Shown: piece after piece, positions 24,601 through 39,559 of the stretch
How the letters are laid out: each line of letters opens with the position of its first letter
Position numbering within the stretch: the first letter of the stretch is position 1
From: Marsupella aquatica
Lineage: Eukaryota > Plantae > Marchantiophyta
DNA: 64,000 nt
NCBI GenBank assembly: GCA_973895155.1
Contig: OZ316895.1
Location: 17,563,437-17,627,436 of the forward strand
Direction of reading: 5' to 3'
The notes under the pieces: model-generated
What the model saw: the letters and a program-made list of their open reading frames with translations, nothing else
Told to the model about the DNA's origin: nothing
The model's database searches: none
Program-made: the position numbers and the translations under genes

Positions 24601-27600
24601 CTGCATCTTATGTGTCATCAATCAATGGGCATGTCTTTGAGGGAAGGAGTTTGTTGAGGCACATTTGTGTGATATAGGGGAGGTGAACTTTTTCACGGTC
24701 TGGCTTTTTCAGAGCCCAATGGTTGTTGTGTGAGTGTTGTCAATCCAACTTTTCATGTGTGCAGTCGTGTTGTGATTGTCTGGAATTGACTACCTAGACG
24801 GGGCAGTTTAGAAATTCATTATCTGACCAAAATAGCCCAATGCCTGTTGATTCAACATGTGTCATTACAACTCAGTCTGTAAGTTGTTGGTGTAGTCGGG
24901 TAGTCATTCGGTAGTGTGTTGTTTATGGAATCAATCTTTATTACAACTAGATTGTCATTGCGGCTGTGTGGTTGCGTAAGTGTTGCCATGCTGGCTGCGT
25001 TGTCAATGTAGCTGTGTTGTGATTGCAGAAGACTTAGTGCCGTCATTTTTGCTAGGTGGTTGTTGTTATGGTAGTGTTGTTGTTTTGTCCTGCATTTTGT
25101 TGAGATTGTTGTTGCAAATGTGATGTTGTTAGGGAGCGCTTGGACTGTGGGGGCTCAAGGAATGTCGGGCAGTCTGACTGGGAGGGAGAAAAAAAATCTC
25201 CTTTGTCCTTTTTTCCCTCTCCTCTCCTTATTTGTGGCAAGGATGCAGAGGGTGTGGGTGTGTGGTAGGGAGGGAGGGCAAGGAGAGGCGCGAGAGCAAG
25301 GGTGGCATGCAGGGAGGGCAGGCCCTTGGGCAGGCCGCACCTGTGGATGCCAGCGGTTGGCAGGGTGGGTGCAGGATGAAAGGCGAAGGGCCCACGGGTA
25401 GCAAGGGAAAGGGCATGCATGGCAGTAGGGAGGAGGAGCGTGTGAGGGCAGGCAAGACGTGAAGGGTTTAAAGGTGGATTCAACTATAAGGAAAAAATGG
25501 GATGTCACCAAACTGCCAGAATTGTTTTCAATCTGAGTCATTTTGTAGACAGATGATGAAGGAGGATGTGTTGGATTGCATAGTACAATGTGTACTAGAT
25601 GCACATGTTGGAGATGGGATACTTAAATAGTGTTTACCAACTTACAGGAAATATGCAGCACAAGCGTCATCAGATAGGTTACTCCCTCTTGCTATTGAGT
25701 TAGATGTGCTCCTTTGACATGGATCTGAAGACATTCATGGACAAGCTGGTTCCATAGGACCATCACTATATATGTTCACTATGCACTTTTGCTAGTGGAT
25801 TTCAATGAGGTTAGAGTGTGCTCAAGTGTCCATCCCAGATTTGTAGCTCTTGGGACTAGTGCCCCCTTAGATGATATCCATGTCCCACTTGCAGACTTAG
25901 TTTCAACACAAGGTGTGTACCATTATCCCATCACACTATTGAAATGGTAGATACTTATGTATTAGTCCTGTTTCTAGGTTTTGGGGGTTTGCATTTTTGA
26001 ATTTGGTTTTTACAGTCTCTGGACCTCTTTTGTTTTTATTCCATTGTTCCTCGTTTGACCCTTCTAAGTACATTGGTCCTCTTTTGGCACACAAGCCTGA
26101 GAACTCTCTTCATACAGGTATGCCCGAGGAATGTACAAGGATGCTTTGCAAGAGTGTCTTATGGCGTATGATATGTTAGTCTCAATACAATACCAGGGCA
26201 CCCTCAGTCCCTCCTTTTCCGTGGGTCAGCCAATATTGACCCCCCTATAGATAGAGACACGAACTAACTGAAAGAATATATAACACACTGCCAAGTAACA
26301 AAATGGGTCGAACTATGAGAGACAATCTCAAAGGCTCTGGACCAATAAAGGGGATAATCAAGGTCAAGCTGACCCAAGACCCGAAAACCTCAAGAATGCC
26401 CAAGAAGAGTTCCCTAGAAAACTGCAAACTGCAACCCTATTGACCGATAAAGTGAAAAGCCTAGTGAAACTGAAAGGGAGGGTCATGTTAGGAATTTGCC
26501 TAGACCCCTCTAAAACAGGAAAGGATCAAGGAACAACCCGAGGGATTTGCATAGGTCAGGAATCCCTCTTGGATGGTTCCTGTGTAGTGTGTACGGACCA
26601 TGGCAGCATCAAATTGGCAAATTTCTCACTAATCGAGGCACTGAATAAAATACGTATTTTTCTGTTGCATCTGCGGTATCACCGGCCCCACTGCGGTGAA
26701 CTCGACTCCACGGCAAAGCGGTCCGCTACGCCGGTGCCCGTGAGGAAGTACGGAATTGATACGTTCAACGACTGTATCCTATACGAATACCCTAGCTTCC
26801 CGCCGTCTACCGGCGGCAAGCGAGTCTGCGAGTTTTTCGGTGACTCCGTCTCGAACTTCGCCCCAGTCCGTATAATAATACTGTATCGATTTCCGTGGAC
26901 TACCGTCGCGAGCATTTGCCACAGTGTATAACTGCATCGGGCGGTACATGACATGTCATGTCGCGGCATTATTATCGTTGAGAGCGACCAGTGTGAGGGC
27001 CCGGAGCCGTTGGATTTTCGGGGTCGCACCGTCCGTGTGGTGGGGACGCATGCATGGGGAGCTGCGCGAGCGGCCGGCGGTCTGTTGAGAATTGACAGTA
27101 ATAAGCCTAACCCACCTCGTTGCCCACAAAAGAAAAATAGTTCACCAGCTGTTGTAGGGGAAATATGTTTGGTGGGTCCCCTCTTGACAAAAATTAGAGT
27201 AAACTTGGCAAGGCAAACTTTTTGCAATATTTTCTTGATGGGTCGCAAGCAATGGCCGGGTTCTCGTGACGCTCAGGGTGGCACTCCAAATTGATGCAAA
27301 AAAAGAAGCAAAAGCACCTGGGAGTGACAATGGTGCAAGATAATGGTTGGCCAGACTTTCAATTTTTTCCAGGAGGCATGGAAGAGGGACCGGTGCTTGG
27401 GTCTCTCCCTCTCCAACTCACCTACTGCTTAGGCATAAGCACTTCCAACACTTCCAACACCCACAAAGACCTCATGACTCACCGAGAAAAGAGCACAGAA
27501 ATGCCCCTCACCAGGCTAAACAACACCCAAATAAGTTGCAAGGTTCTCTGCAGCCTATATTCAAACCGGCTTCAATTTTTTTCACGATGGAAGACGGCTC

Positions 27601-27852
27601 CGCCACGCAGTTCAGATCCGTCCCCTCCTAACTCACTTAGCATTGGTCATAAGGGCTTCCCATATCGCACAAGAACCACATGGCCCACCAAGCTATTTTC
27701 TTATGTGCAGGGTCCCACTATGCTAATTTCTCCCATTTGGAGGCTCACTCACGATGGGGAACAGGATAGGTGACGGTACGTTTGTGCCGGGACGAGACGG
27801 GCCGACGGCGATGACACTACAAACCTTTTTCCCCCTCCCCCGAAAGTCTAGA

Positions 27853-28077
27853 CTTCGGCTCAGCTATGGTGCTCGATTGCTCACTGCACTGTATAGACAG
27901 ACTTCAATCATACCAATAATGAAGTACGCACAATCGAAGTTGTGAGCTTCTGCTACGATGCTGGATTGTTCACTGCACTGTATAGACTTCAATCAATAAT
28001 GGACTACGCGCGGTGGAAAATGTGAACTTCGGCTACGTCGCTCGATTGTTCACCGCGCTGTATAGACTTTAATCAAT
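27853..28077. repeat. Degenerate tandem repeat, ~3 x 80-95 bp
   Basis: ttc(g/t)gct...gctcgattg(c/t)tcac..c.ctgtatagactt.aatca at ~27853, 27948, 28028. Confidence 0.8.
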
Positions 28078-30409
28078 GGGGTACAGTAGTAGTACGGGCG
28101 AGCAAACTCCGATCAGAGCAAACGGTGGTGAGCACTGTAGGATTGGACTTTCCTTTCCATTCACACTTCACAATCTCATGATTGTGGCAACGAAGGGATT
28201 GTGGTTTTGGCACGCTTAATGCCAGTGCAAATGATTTGGGACTAACTAACTGGGGACGTGCAATTGACGTGCTTACTTAGCTGCCATATGCCCATATCTA
28301 TTCTTAGGATAATTATGATGAGCAACCCCATGTCCGTCACACAGGTAACGAAACATCCCCCACACAGTCACATCCTAGTACAGTAGATTGATGTGGATCA
28401 ATGGGGAAGGTCCCCCACACCCCACGCAAAGGTGGTGCCAATGATTTGTGGCGAGGGGAGACTCAATAAGCCATCGTCATGCTATACAGTTCCAAAGAGT
28501 ACATATATAGATCAACTGCAAAGCGATTCAATACACCACCAGTTTTTGGAAGAATATTAAGTTTGTTCCCTCTATTGCACTGGCGACTCAATACAACCCT
28601 TAAATTCTCCAATTGCTTATCCAGCGGAGAGCGTTGATCGCTCGTAATACGATATGCAATTTACAGTTACAGAGAGTAAATTCTATAGATAAACTGAAAC
28701 ACGATTTTATAAACGAGCCATTTTAAGGCTAATTCTTCCCTCGGGCTAACCTAGAAATTGCAACTAGCATCTCAATACAAAGATTTTTTCTTAGAGATTT
28801 TTACCCTAAATTCTCCAATATCATGGTTATCCAGCTAAGAGGTTTGATCGTCAAATCTAATTTGTCTAGGAAGTGTTCCCCAAAGTTGCCTAAATACTGT
28901 TCTAGTTAAGAGGTCTAATCACCAGATCTGCCATCTAGAGCAATCAAATGGCGAACATTCAAAACGCACAATCCATTTGCAAATGAGAAAAAAAGGCTTG
29001 GAATAAACCTTGCTGATAGGCCCTAGATTCCAACCCAAGATAATGATAAATAATTACTAGTGTTGTCGGCACGCCTGGCCACTATGTCATCAATCATCTA
29101 TAGAACTAAAGCACTTAATTAAGTATCAGAAACACTTGTAGATAAGAGTAAGAGTTAGTATTGGGGGATTTCTAACCCCAAGGATAAGCTGAACCCTGTC
29201 GTCAGATTGAGCTCATGGAAGTCCAAGTATTACCCCAATGAAATCCTTCCAAGCAGACTAGTACATTCAAGCCCAACTCTATGAGGCCAGTACTAGGTTA
29301 AGGCCAAAAAACTTGCATGGTAGATAAGTAATACCATGCAATCAGGGTAGATTATTTGTTTTCCAAAGAACTTTGTACACATTTAGTCCAGATCCTGTAA
29401 ATTCACCTCAAATCCAAGAGTTGATTGATGCGACTGGCTTTACAACATTGGGGACACTTGTGAATTTCTTTCAGAAGAAAACTGGGAGTCCACTTTTGGT
29501 TCTAAAGATAGACTCTAGGCCAAAAATGTTTTGAGTAAAAAATAATATTTGAAATTCCTTTAATTAAAGAGAAAAAGTTTTGAAATATTTGGACCACCTA
29601 TGGAGTGGGTCTAAAATTCGAACCAAAAGAAGCATTGCACGTAGCATGTACATGGGCCCACTGCTTGCCATGAAGAACGGCTGTACATTTATGGCTCCCC
29701 CAGTTCGTCTACAGCCAACTGTAATTATACAGTGCCCAGTTCAATCTCAAAGGGAATATAAATAAGCCTTGGGCCCCCCACGTCTTCCTAAATTTGCAAA
29801 GTAACAATTACTATTCCATCTTCACTCCTCAACATAATTGCAATCCTTCAATCCTCTGATTTTGATGGAGTATTTTCACTTGTAGCCAACACTATATCTC
29901 ACATGCACAGATGTGAATCTGGAATCTGAGCACATTTTCATTCAATTGGATTGCTGCTTGGCATCCCTGAGGAGGCAAAAGACATCGAGATTGAACTGAG
30001 AACATATCCTGGACATATACTGGTTACTACACGGATGCATTACTCAAGTCCCAGGCAACACAATCATCAAATGAGCAAACATGGGCACTCAATTGCTCTA
30101 CCATCTTGGCACGCCATTTAAATGGGCAACTTGTACGTTAGAGCCTTTTGCTACTTCTAAATCTGAAAACTGAGGGCGCTGTGGACTTTGCATGGAACTC
30201 ATGTACCCATCTTTGCAGACAAATTGACCACTAAGATTACATTGCATAGAATTGAATAGAAACGTCCTTTAGTTAGGTTTAGTTCATCAGTCTATTTGCT
30301 TCTGCATGGACCTAGCTAGCCTGCCCACCCCTTAGCACAATCAGTATTCTGAGCCACTTCATGGAAGGCATTATTGAGCTCTACTAAGCTAATATCCCAG
30401 ACCAAACAA

Positions 30410-30756
30410 GCTGACAAATAAATTTGCTGCAAAAATTCTTGCCTATAGATTGAAGAAGGTGATCCCAAAGTTGGTTTCTAATCAGCAGACTGGCTTTATT
30501 CTAGGTCAAAGAAATTCTTAGAATGTTTTGGCCTTCAAGGTGGGCCAACAATATGCCAAATCATCAAGCAACCAACTCTATTTGTGAAGCTAGATTTTTC
30601 AAAAGCATAATTACGATTGTATTGACCATACCTTCCTCTAGGACACAATGATGCACATGAATATTGACTCAAATTGTGTTTCTCTCATTCAAGGCCTGGT
30701 TATTAATGTTGTGTCCAAGGTATGTGTCAATGGAAGATTTCCCGGGGAGATTTACT
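30410..30756 (+). mobile_element. LINE (L1-type) reverse transcriptase remnant
   Basis: Translates with stops and frameshifts as KILAYRLKKVIPKLVSNQQTGFILG...LFVKLDFSKA..YDCIDHTFL...KVCVNG. Confidence 0.85.
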
Positions 30757-31453
30757 TGTTGAGCAAAGACGCTCGGGGGGGGGGGGGGGGGGGGGTCACT
30801 TCCACGAAAATGGCACATCATGTGCGATGAAGTATAGGCCCATTTAAATGGGTGTGGCGGAAGACTTCCAAAGTTTGGTGGAAGAATGTCACATAGGGCA
30901 TGTTTTATTGATTGGTCGACTTTAAAGAACACATAGGCCTATTTAATTACAAAAAATATTTTCTTTAAAGTTTTTAGGGGTTTTTTAATAAAAAAATGAC
31001 AAAATTTAAAGAAAGAAAGAGCTTTGCAAACAGATATTTCACTTATAAGTTAGGGGGGTCAAACCCTAAAACATCGCACGCGATGTATGGCCCTCCATAT
31101 AGTGACCCCCCCCCCGAGCAAAGACGGTATTCACAACGGCAAGCCCATGAACCATCCAATGCACAAGTAGTTGACATAGAGAGATATGTGGTTCACCTCA
31201 GCTGAGGGTAAGTCCACAGGAACACATGAGAGCTTTCTTGTACTCTAGGCCCATTGGTCATGCCAAGTCTCCGCAATACAAAACCTTCTTATCTCTCAAC
31301 TGGCTCTGTAACAATGAGTCTGCGTTCCTCCTATGCAAGCAAACATTGTGTGGGATATAGGGTGCAGCCTAGTTCACCTAACCTAGTCTGTGACTAAGGT
31401 AAGCCCTAATTACGGTTACAATATAACCCTAGACTACGAGTAAATACCTAACA
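30757..31453 (-). mobile_element. Solo LTR of the same family, interrupted by a MITE
   Basis: tgttgagcaaagac ... taaatacctaaca ends match the LTRs at 7387 and 8693; no matching TSD (ttact/atcca). Confidence 0.8.
30772..31118. mobile_element. MITE-like TIR element, 347 bp, 8-bp TSD
   Basis: TIRs ctcG(n)tcac / gtgaC(n)gag; perfect TSD caaagacg (30764-30771, 31119-31126). Confidence 0.9.
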
Positions 31454-34400
31454 ATCCATATTGTAGTAGCCTTTCCAACTAGGTCCTTTTGGTGTGGTGC
31501 TTCTCCTCCAAACGGTTATGGAGCTGCTCCATCTAGTGTTACGTTTTGTTTTTGGATCCATGCCATGCCTGTTTACAGGTGGTTGACCCTGACTCACACT
31601 CGGCCTAAGGCTTTTTGAGGGTGACTTTTGGGACTGGTTCGGTTGGCTGCTCCTGCCTCGGCGGTGGGTTGTATTCTATTTGTGCCCTGCTGATGTTTGT
31701 TGCAGTGGCCCACTGGAATACATTGGGAGTTTATTGAAAAAGGCATTGTACATGCCATCCCCAGATATCATTATCAATTATGCAATAGATGACCTTTTCA
31801 CAGCCACCGTTTTGAAATCCCCAATATATTAAAAAAAATTCACATATCTAGGAATGTAAGGAATTATATAAGGTTCCCTTGTTGTTAAAGAGTATGAAAG
31901 TATGCAGGCCTACACTGTGCAAAGTAGTGTAATCTTGTTCGAGAAATTATGAAATAACTTTCAAGAATTGATGTCTAGTGCCAAACTTTAACCTCCAAAA
32001 ATGGGTGGGCTGACAAAATTATGCCGGAAGTTTTAAGAAATGGGGAGGAACGTACATTCCAGACAATACAACTTGAAAAACAATTATGTGAGGCAAATGC
32101 TTGGGATATTGGTGTTATCTGTTCCATATTTTGTCTAAGCACAAAATACGGGAGAAAGTAGACTGAGAAATCTAAATTGACTACCCGCAAGAGTCTGGAA
32201 GCAAATAAAAGAAGTTTTGCCATTCATAATCACAACAAAGTTATCTCTAGGGTAGTAATTGCAATGACATTTACTTTTTATCTCAATCTGTATCACCACA
32301 CCACCGTGGAAAATGTTCACCAGTAGCATTTGATGCTTATGCAGTCATGTCAAAGGATCGTGGTAAGGCTTCATGTTGGGCATCCAAGCTGATAGCGGGG
32401 CTAATAGGATTTGGGAGAACTAAACGGTCAAGGTCCTTTGATACCTTTGATGCCTATAGGAGCGATATATCTACAAAGTTGGATTGGGATAGGCAGATTG
32501 CCTTCAATGAATGTTGGTTCTGGATGGCTTGTTTTTGTAGACGCGAGGTTTGTAATTTTTACAGAATGATCACGAGTTAGATGTGTTGACAGAACATATT
32601 ATAATCAAAGAAAGCCGTCAACATCCAAGCACTCGCTAGTACTTACAGCACTGTAGAGAAACCATTTAGAAACTTCCGAACCAATTACATTGCTTATACT
32701 TGATCACATTTGAAAGTCATCCGCTTTCCCCAGTTCGGATCTCTCATCTTTTACTACTTGAAAATTTGACGGCTCCAGCAATGGTGACAGAGTATGCCTT
32801 TACTATATTCATGCTCTATTGCCTTATTTTATTCACGTTGAGATTATATCTGGACCATTGAATGAATATATATACAACCATATATATAAATGAATACAAT
32901 GAATGGAAATGAATGAATGGAAATGGTAGCAGCTGGCTTTGAGGGAATTGGGGGCACATCCGGGCATAGTAGCTACGGACAGTAGTATCTTACTTGGCAA
33001 GTGGGCCCAATTCTATGCTGATGTGGAGTGCTTATTTTATCTAGAATTTTATACCACCTCACAAGAGGTGGTCCAAACGGTTGCAAACTTTGCCTCCTTC
33101 ATTCACGGGATTGCATTTATTGAAGTTGATTTCAAAAGACTCTTGGTCAGGAGCATATCTTTAGACACAAAAAAGTGACCCTCCAGTTTTGCTTTGCTGG
33201 AAAAAGTCACCAATGCTCCCAGTCTCCATTTTTTAGTAACAAAAATTTGCTAGATTCCACATCTCTGGAAAGTCTTCTACTTTTGGCAACAATATAGCAA
33301 GTTTTTGTCTTCCATTAGGCAGTTTCCCACCGGCCCTCAGACCCAATTAGGCAGAATCCGGTGGTTGTCCTTAACACAGGAAATCCTCAGCTCACAAATA
33401 ACCTGGGAAAACTACACATGGAATATTCCTATGTAGCATCTTCTCCTTCACATAATTTGACAGTCGTGGCCTTCGCTAAAAAAAGAAAACACTGAAAACC
33501 ATGCCTCCCATGTCTTGGAAAGCCACCCTGAACCTAAACAACATCCATCTTTATGCGAGGTTACAAAATCACAAATCCCCTCAATGAATGTCTTGGAAAG
33601 CCATCCATCGTTACATAGGGTCAGTGAGAGCCTAGCCTTGGCTACAAACAGAAAATGATTGTGGTCATGTTTGGTAATAATGCTGGGATAGACCTCTATG
33701 ATCGGCCCAGTGACACCAGCTGAGTGGACTATACGTCTCATCCAATACGAGGTTTCCCAGTCAACGAATGTTGTAAAGAATAATACAGTATCATGTCCAG
33801 CCAGGTCCTGCTTTATTACATCACAAAAAAATATATATATCGTATATTGCCCAGCCATTTTCTGCTTTATGACATTCTTTTCTCTCGGGAGAACATAATT
33901 ACACTGAACCTACAGTACTGTAGTTAGGAATAGGCACTAAAGGCCAAATACAGAACAGGGTTGTAACAGTTGAGAGACAGGTTTGGAGCACTCACTGTGG
34001 AAACTAAGCTAGAAACGCTTACTTTGAGCTTTGCCGTAGGGAATCTGAGAGGTTTCCTCATCATACCCTCAAGGCTTCCCAATACCAGCTGGTGTGGAAG
34101 CCCTTAGCAATATGGTCACCACTCTTGACCTAAGTTAATTTATGTGTGCACTGGCTGCTATCAGGAAAATTTAGAGGGGCGAATGCAGGCCTGAATGCAG
34201 AGTGGGAACATCACACCCTCCTGTAAGGAAAAACGGACAAAATGGTTGCCATTCAGCTTCCATCATTTGGGCATCTGCTTGAAGATCCTGTCACAAATTG
34301 CCTGAGATAGCAGGGAATGTGAAGATGGTGTAAGATAAAAAAAGTGCAAAAACATAGATAAGTTTTGCAGGGAAAATGCATATAGGCTACAGAGGAGAAC

Positions 34401-34777
34401 AGAAAAATTCCATTCAACACTACGAGTTGGATCTGTGCCTGGAAATAAGGCAGGTACCATCCACCAGTGAAGCCGACAAGCCCGCAACACCACCCCCCCC
34501 CCCCCCCCCGCCACCCCCCCACACATAAACAATTCAAAGCCAAGTGCAACTGTGCAAGGCCTCATGGGGACCACCGTGAGATGCTCTGACTAACCGACAA
34601 AGTTTTCACTGCAAAAGAAGGGTAATTTGTCTTGGTTATTTCATCCCGTGAAATCATGAAATAGGAGGGGACTGTAGGGGAGACGTGTAGGTTAACCCAT
34701 TGCCCCAAGGGACTATGGGATTATGGGATGTAATCCCCAAGGGATGACAGCCATGGTCCCCAAATAGCTTTGGAAAT

Positions 34778-35036
34778 CAAGCATAAACCCTCAAAGTTTG
34801 ACCTGAAAATTGTTCCTAAAACTAAATACCTCTTGGGATGGGCAAGTCACGGGGCTGAAATGAACAAGCATAAACCCTCAAAGTTTGACCTGAAAATTGT
34901 TCCTAAAACTAAATACCTCTTGGGATGGGCAAGTCACGGGGCTGAAATGAACAAGCATAAACCCTCAAAGTTTGACCTGAAAATTGTTCCTAAAATTAAA
35001 TACCTCTTGGGATGGGCAAGTCACGGGGCTGAAATG
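34778..35036. repeat. Near-perfect tandem repeat, 3 x 87 bp
   Basis: caagcataaaccctcaaagtttgacc...cacggggctgaaatg at 34778, 34865, 34952. Confidence 0.95.
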
Positions 35037-37601
35037 TCAGAAGCCCTCGGCCAAGTGGCACCTTTAATTTGGACAGACCAAGACTTTCATGCCTCACCCC
35101 CTTATTGAGCCAGTCCTCATGACAATACTTGAGGACTTTATGGGCTCACTACAAGAGGTTCCACAGAGCAGTGCAAGAATTCCCACACATTGCCCTGCAG
35201 AGATGAGCAGGAGGAAAAGACAGAGGAGGAAAAGACAGAGAAGGACAAGCTACTGTGGCAGCAGGTCACACATAGTCTCTTATGTGGAGATTTTCTCAGA
35301 AGGTTTTACCTACAACCCCAGATTATTAAGGGTCGTTGTGTTGAATATTTTACAGCCCTAAGGTCATGTACACTACCAAGCAGTGGAATTTTGCCATATC
35401 AAGTGAAACTTAACAAAGGGGTGGAGTGTGTGCAGGGTGGTTAAGGACATGGTATCTCTGGTTTTGTCTCAGGTCATTGAAGGAAATTTGTTTTACTGCA
35501 GAGCACACGCCGAAGGAACTGGTGACCCCCAAATCAAGAGGACTACATCGGGACCACGGTTATTTTAAAGGCATTTTTCCCTTTTTTACCGGGGTGACAA
35601 ATTTCATCTTGTCTGAAGGAGACGATGTTAGGAAAATTTTCTTATCTGATTTCTGACAGTCAGGTCGCCCTATATTTAAGAAATACTGCCAGATTCTTGA
35701 TAAGAGGGTCCGTGGCTAGGTGGGAGACTCGCTAATCCCAGACAATGGCAGACTTGCCAAAAGCGGCCAAGCATATTTAGGAAGATGGAATTTGGATAAT
35801 TTTTGCCACTCAGGACATGGAAGCGGATGTCTGTGCAATAAGTTACTATACTTGAAATTATAGCAAGACTAAAGCCCAAGGTGTGTCCATGTACAATATT
35901 GTAGATAGTATATTATTGAGTGGAAGTGCCGGGTATTAAAACAGTATGAGGAGTCAGCAAATCAGCCTAACAACTGAATTTCAAAGGTGCATGGTGACAC
36001 TTTTAGGTCACATGTGTAGGAATTATGAGCAAAATCGTTGCAGGTAGACTTTTTGCCCAAATGATATTTGGCGCACACAATGACAAACAAAGTGTGGGAT
36101 TGCTACAGTGTGTCAAGGCCTTATTAAATAATTTCTCCAGATTTCAATTTGTTGCTCTGAACATAATGGATACATTGGCAAATGAGTGTTTTAAATCAAA
36201 ATACATACAAGATATCTTAATGCATTCCGAAACTTTTTCCATGTTTCACAAATATTTTATCATCTCAAAGCGTGAAAAATTGAAAGTGAAGCAAGGATGG
36301 ACCACCATGTTAGACACAGTGCTCTTATGTGGATCACTTTTTGGTGGTCCATGGGAGTTTTGGGCTTATAACTTTATGATTATGAATCTTAAAATATTTT
36401 TTAATTTTTCACCTACAAGGCAACTAGAGAAGGAGGTCTAGAAAACACAAGCTCTAATATTTCATATTAAGACACTAAAATTAATCTAATTTTGTTACCC
36501 TTCCACATTACACGATGGATACCTCAACCAAAACAGTCAAAATGTCATGGCATTTTGATGGAAGTGTAACTCAGTTACTCCTCTAGCACATCCTTAAAAC
36601 TGAAAAACATTGGAGTTTATAATTAGTTCGTGGACCCCTTGGCTAATAAAATCAGGGGGAAGAGTCGATCTGAGCTGTCTCCATTTCTTATCTCCAGAAA
36701 TCTCGTCCATCCGTCATAATGGCCAATCTATGGCTCAAAAGAAAGATCTCAAATAGATCTATGGATGGGTTCTGTCTGTTTTGTAAATGGGTTAATATTT
36801 TTCAAATGAAAAATTAAACAAATCCAAGCCTTCCTAGCCGTCGATTTTGTTGATTTTACGATCTTTGCCGTCCATTTTGTAATGCCTCTAGAAATCTTAT
36901 TCATCCATGTTAGAAGGCGATCTAGGGTGCAAAAGAAAGATCTCAATGAGATCTACGATTGGGTATTTTTTGTTTTGAGAATGAGTAAATAGTTTTGAGT
37001 ATAAAATTCGATGAACTTTCAAGATTCCAGCCATTCCTCCTCCCCGACCCTGGGTTTCTATGTGCTCTTCCTAGCATTAATGGCCATACAATACGAGAGG
37101 TCCTTACATACCGGGAGTTGCGGTTTAACAAGGAAGTTATCAAGTTAGTTATTAGTCATTATTTATTATATGAAAAATACTTTTTATAAATCTTTGAATT
37201 TAAGTTTTAAAATTGGAAATGTAAATAAAATGGTTACATAGTGACAGTTTTAACCGTCTTGCTCTTTGCATTTCCAATGTTTTTACTTTTCTTTTTACAG
37301 CACGGTGTCCCAAAATTTACACCCAAATTGACACAAACACGAATGAAAACTATAAGTTTGATTCGCAAAACCGACGAGTCTTGTTTGTTGCGGTTGTTGT
37401 TGACGTGGCACGCTGTGGTGCCAGGAATTTTGGAAGGGACCTCTAGTGGGGTCCGTAAACATCAAATTATCACAATTAAATTAAAATTTTCTGAAATGTG
37501 GTCTATGAGGGTCTCAAAAAACACAAATTTGTGATCGTTGGGAACATCATTTTCTGAAAATTTCAGTGATCGTTCATTTTTCAAAGCGATGATAATCCCG
37601 A

Positions 37602-37976
37602 GAACTTAAAGCTGGGATAGACACAAACGTTTGTAGGGACAACCCGGATGGACACAGCCTGTTGACACTGTAACACCAATCCCTAATGACACCCAAAATG
37701 GATTACATGTGTCTTATGAACGGAAGCTTACCAAGATTTAGACATTAAGTTAAGTACGTCTAACCTCCTCCGTTGCTCCTGCCTGGATAGACTATGGGAA
37801 GGAACAACCAAAAACCTCCTGCTCCTGGTCCGACAGCTCCTTAAGGTCACCATTGGAGCACAAGTGAAAAGCATGTTATACAAGCACAATCTTAAGTTTG
37901 TTCTGTGTCCATCCAGGTTGTGTTTGTCCATCGGGGTTTTTTCTCAAACGTTTGTGTCTATCCCAGCTTTAAGTTC
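37602..37976. mobile_element. Mutator-type MITE, 375 bp
   Basis: TIR gaacttaaagctgggatagacacaaacgtttg (perfect ~32 bp, longer with mismatches); 9-bp TSD taatcccga/taatccgga (1 mismatch). Confidence 0.85.
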
Positions 37977-39559
37977 TAATCCGGAAGGTTTAGCTTGAAT
38001 TTTCTAAACATTATTGTTTTAAGCGAACCTATAATCCCTACGGTATACAAAGGTAATAAGTACACACTACCGTACACACTGCAATCGCCGCCATAGGCTG
38101 GCGAGGAGGCACAGTCGGCGAACTGGCGAAGAGTGCACCTTGCGGGGTTGACTTTGGTGGACCCGGGAGTCAGGCCGAGCTGTACCTCACAGGACCGTAA
38201 TTCCGTAAGTACTCAATGCTTTGGTTCGTATTTTCGTACGTAGCTTCGGTAGTTAGCCAAGGCATTCATCACACCTGGGACTCCAGCGAACCATGGGGCC
38301 CCTCGCGGGCAGCACACTCACCGACACGTTGCCCCTATTACGCAGAACTGTACATACGCTGCAAATGAAAAAAAACGAATGCATTTTTTTGCTGGGGACA
38401 GAGTACAGTACAGTACTCAAGAGAGCGATGCACCAACATTGAGAGTTTCTTGAGTTGAGCATTGTTTTTGAGCTGAGTTTTTACAGCGCTCAGTTGTACT
38501 GATATGGGTACAATCAAGACATTTCGTCTGACCGACGAAGGGGCTCCGGCCCCCAAAAATAGAAGGCCTAATTACTGGGCAAGGAGCAGTTGGGCGAGCA
38601 GCCTATCAATCGACTCGAAAACCGTGTCTCCCTACATTCTTCGCCATTGGGTTTAATTTTTGCTTTATCAAACTCGAGCCAATTGTTTGCTCCGTCACGC
38701 CCTTCATCTCATACGAAGTACGGAGGGCTTCGACGCCTCCGTCCAGTTCCAATGCCGCAGTAGAATCGTGGGACGGGCATCAAAATGGAGCCGGTACGGT
38801 GCTTTCGGGATTTAGGGGCTGCTTCAGAGGGACTGTACCGTCGTATCGCTTGTGCAGCTTACGGTAGAAGCGCGTGGGCCTCCACTCACCTGACAGAAAA
38901 CCGCGTCCCATATGTTCTTTTCATTCAGGGGCCCTAGATCCAGGGACAACCGGGTAACCGTCTGCCCGTCTTGCTCCAGGTCGGTTCGGTTCCGGTCTGG
39001 TCTGGTCCTGCCTGGCCGAGCTGCGGATAGGACCGATCCGCGATGGCGGCCCACTACTTGAATACGGTACGGTAGTGATGTAGAGGTATGTGACGGACTG
39101 ACGGTAGGAGCGCGTTGACCTTTCAATGGCTCTAAAAACATGCCATGGCAATTTCATTCTGGGAACAACTAAACCGACATGGCACCCTGGATTCAGCAGT
39201 TTTCTGCCCACATGACACTCTCAAAAGGGAGGAAGACTATTGCACCGTTGAAGTGTGATAATCTTGTGCCCTTTTTGTCCCCCAGTGCTTACATCATTCT
39301 ACCTGGAGGAGAAGTAGTCCGAGACAGAGTTGCAGCCTTGGTTAAAACTCACCCCTTGGCCACAGACTTTTCTAAAGTGCCGCTAAGTGAAGTAGCTTTA
39401 ACCTTTAAATGCTGATAAGGTTTACCTTTCAAGAAAATAGACAAATACTCCTGGTGTGTCTTGGTGTAAACTTTAATCACTGGTAATTAGTGATAATCAG
39501 GCGTGAGTCATGGACATGATTTGCACCTATTCATAATTGCCCCGATGTAGCCTAACTCC

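Noticed and set aside
25052-25604. Overlapping Pro/Gly-rich ORFs
   Set aside because: Low-complexity G-rich sequence open in many frames; no recognisable domain.
34770-35108. 112-aa ORF with triple peptide repeat
   Set aside because: By-product of an 87-bp tandem repeat whose length is a multiple of three; non-ATG start, no domain.
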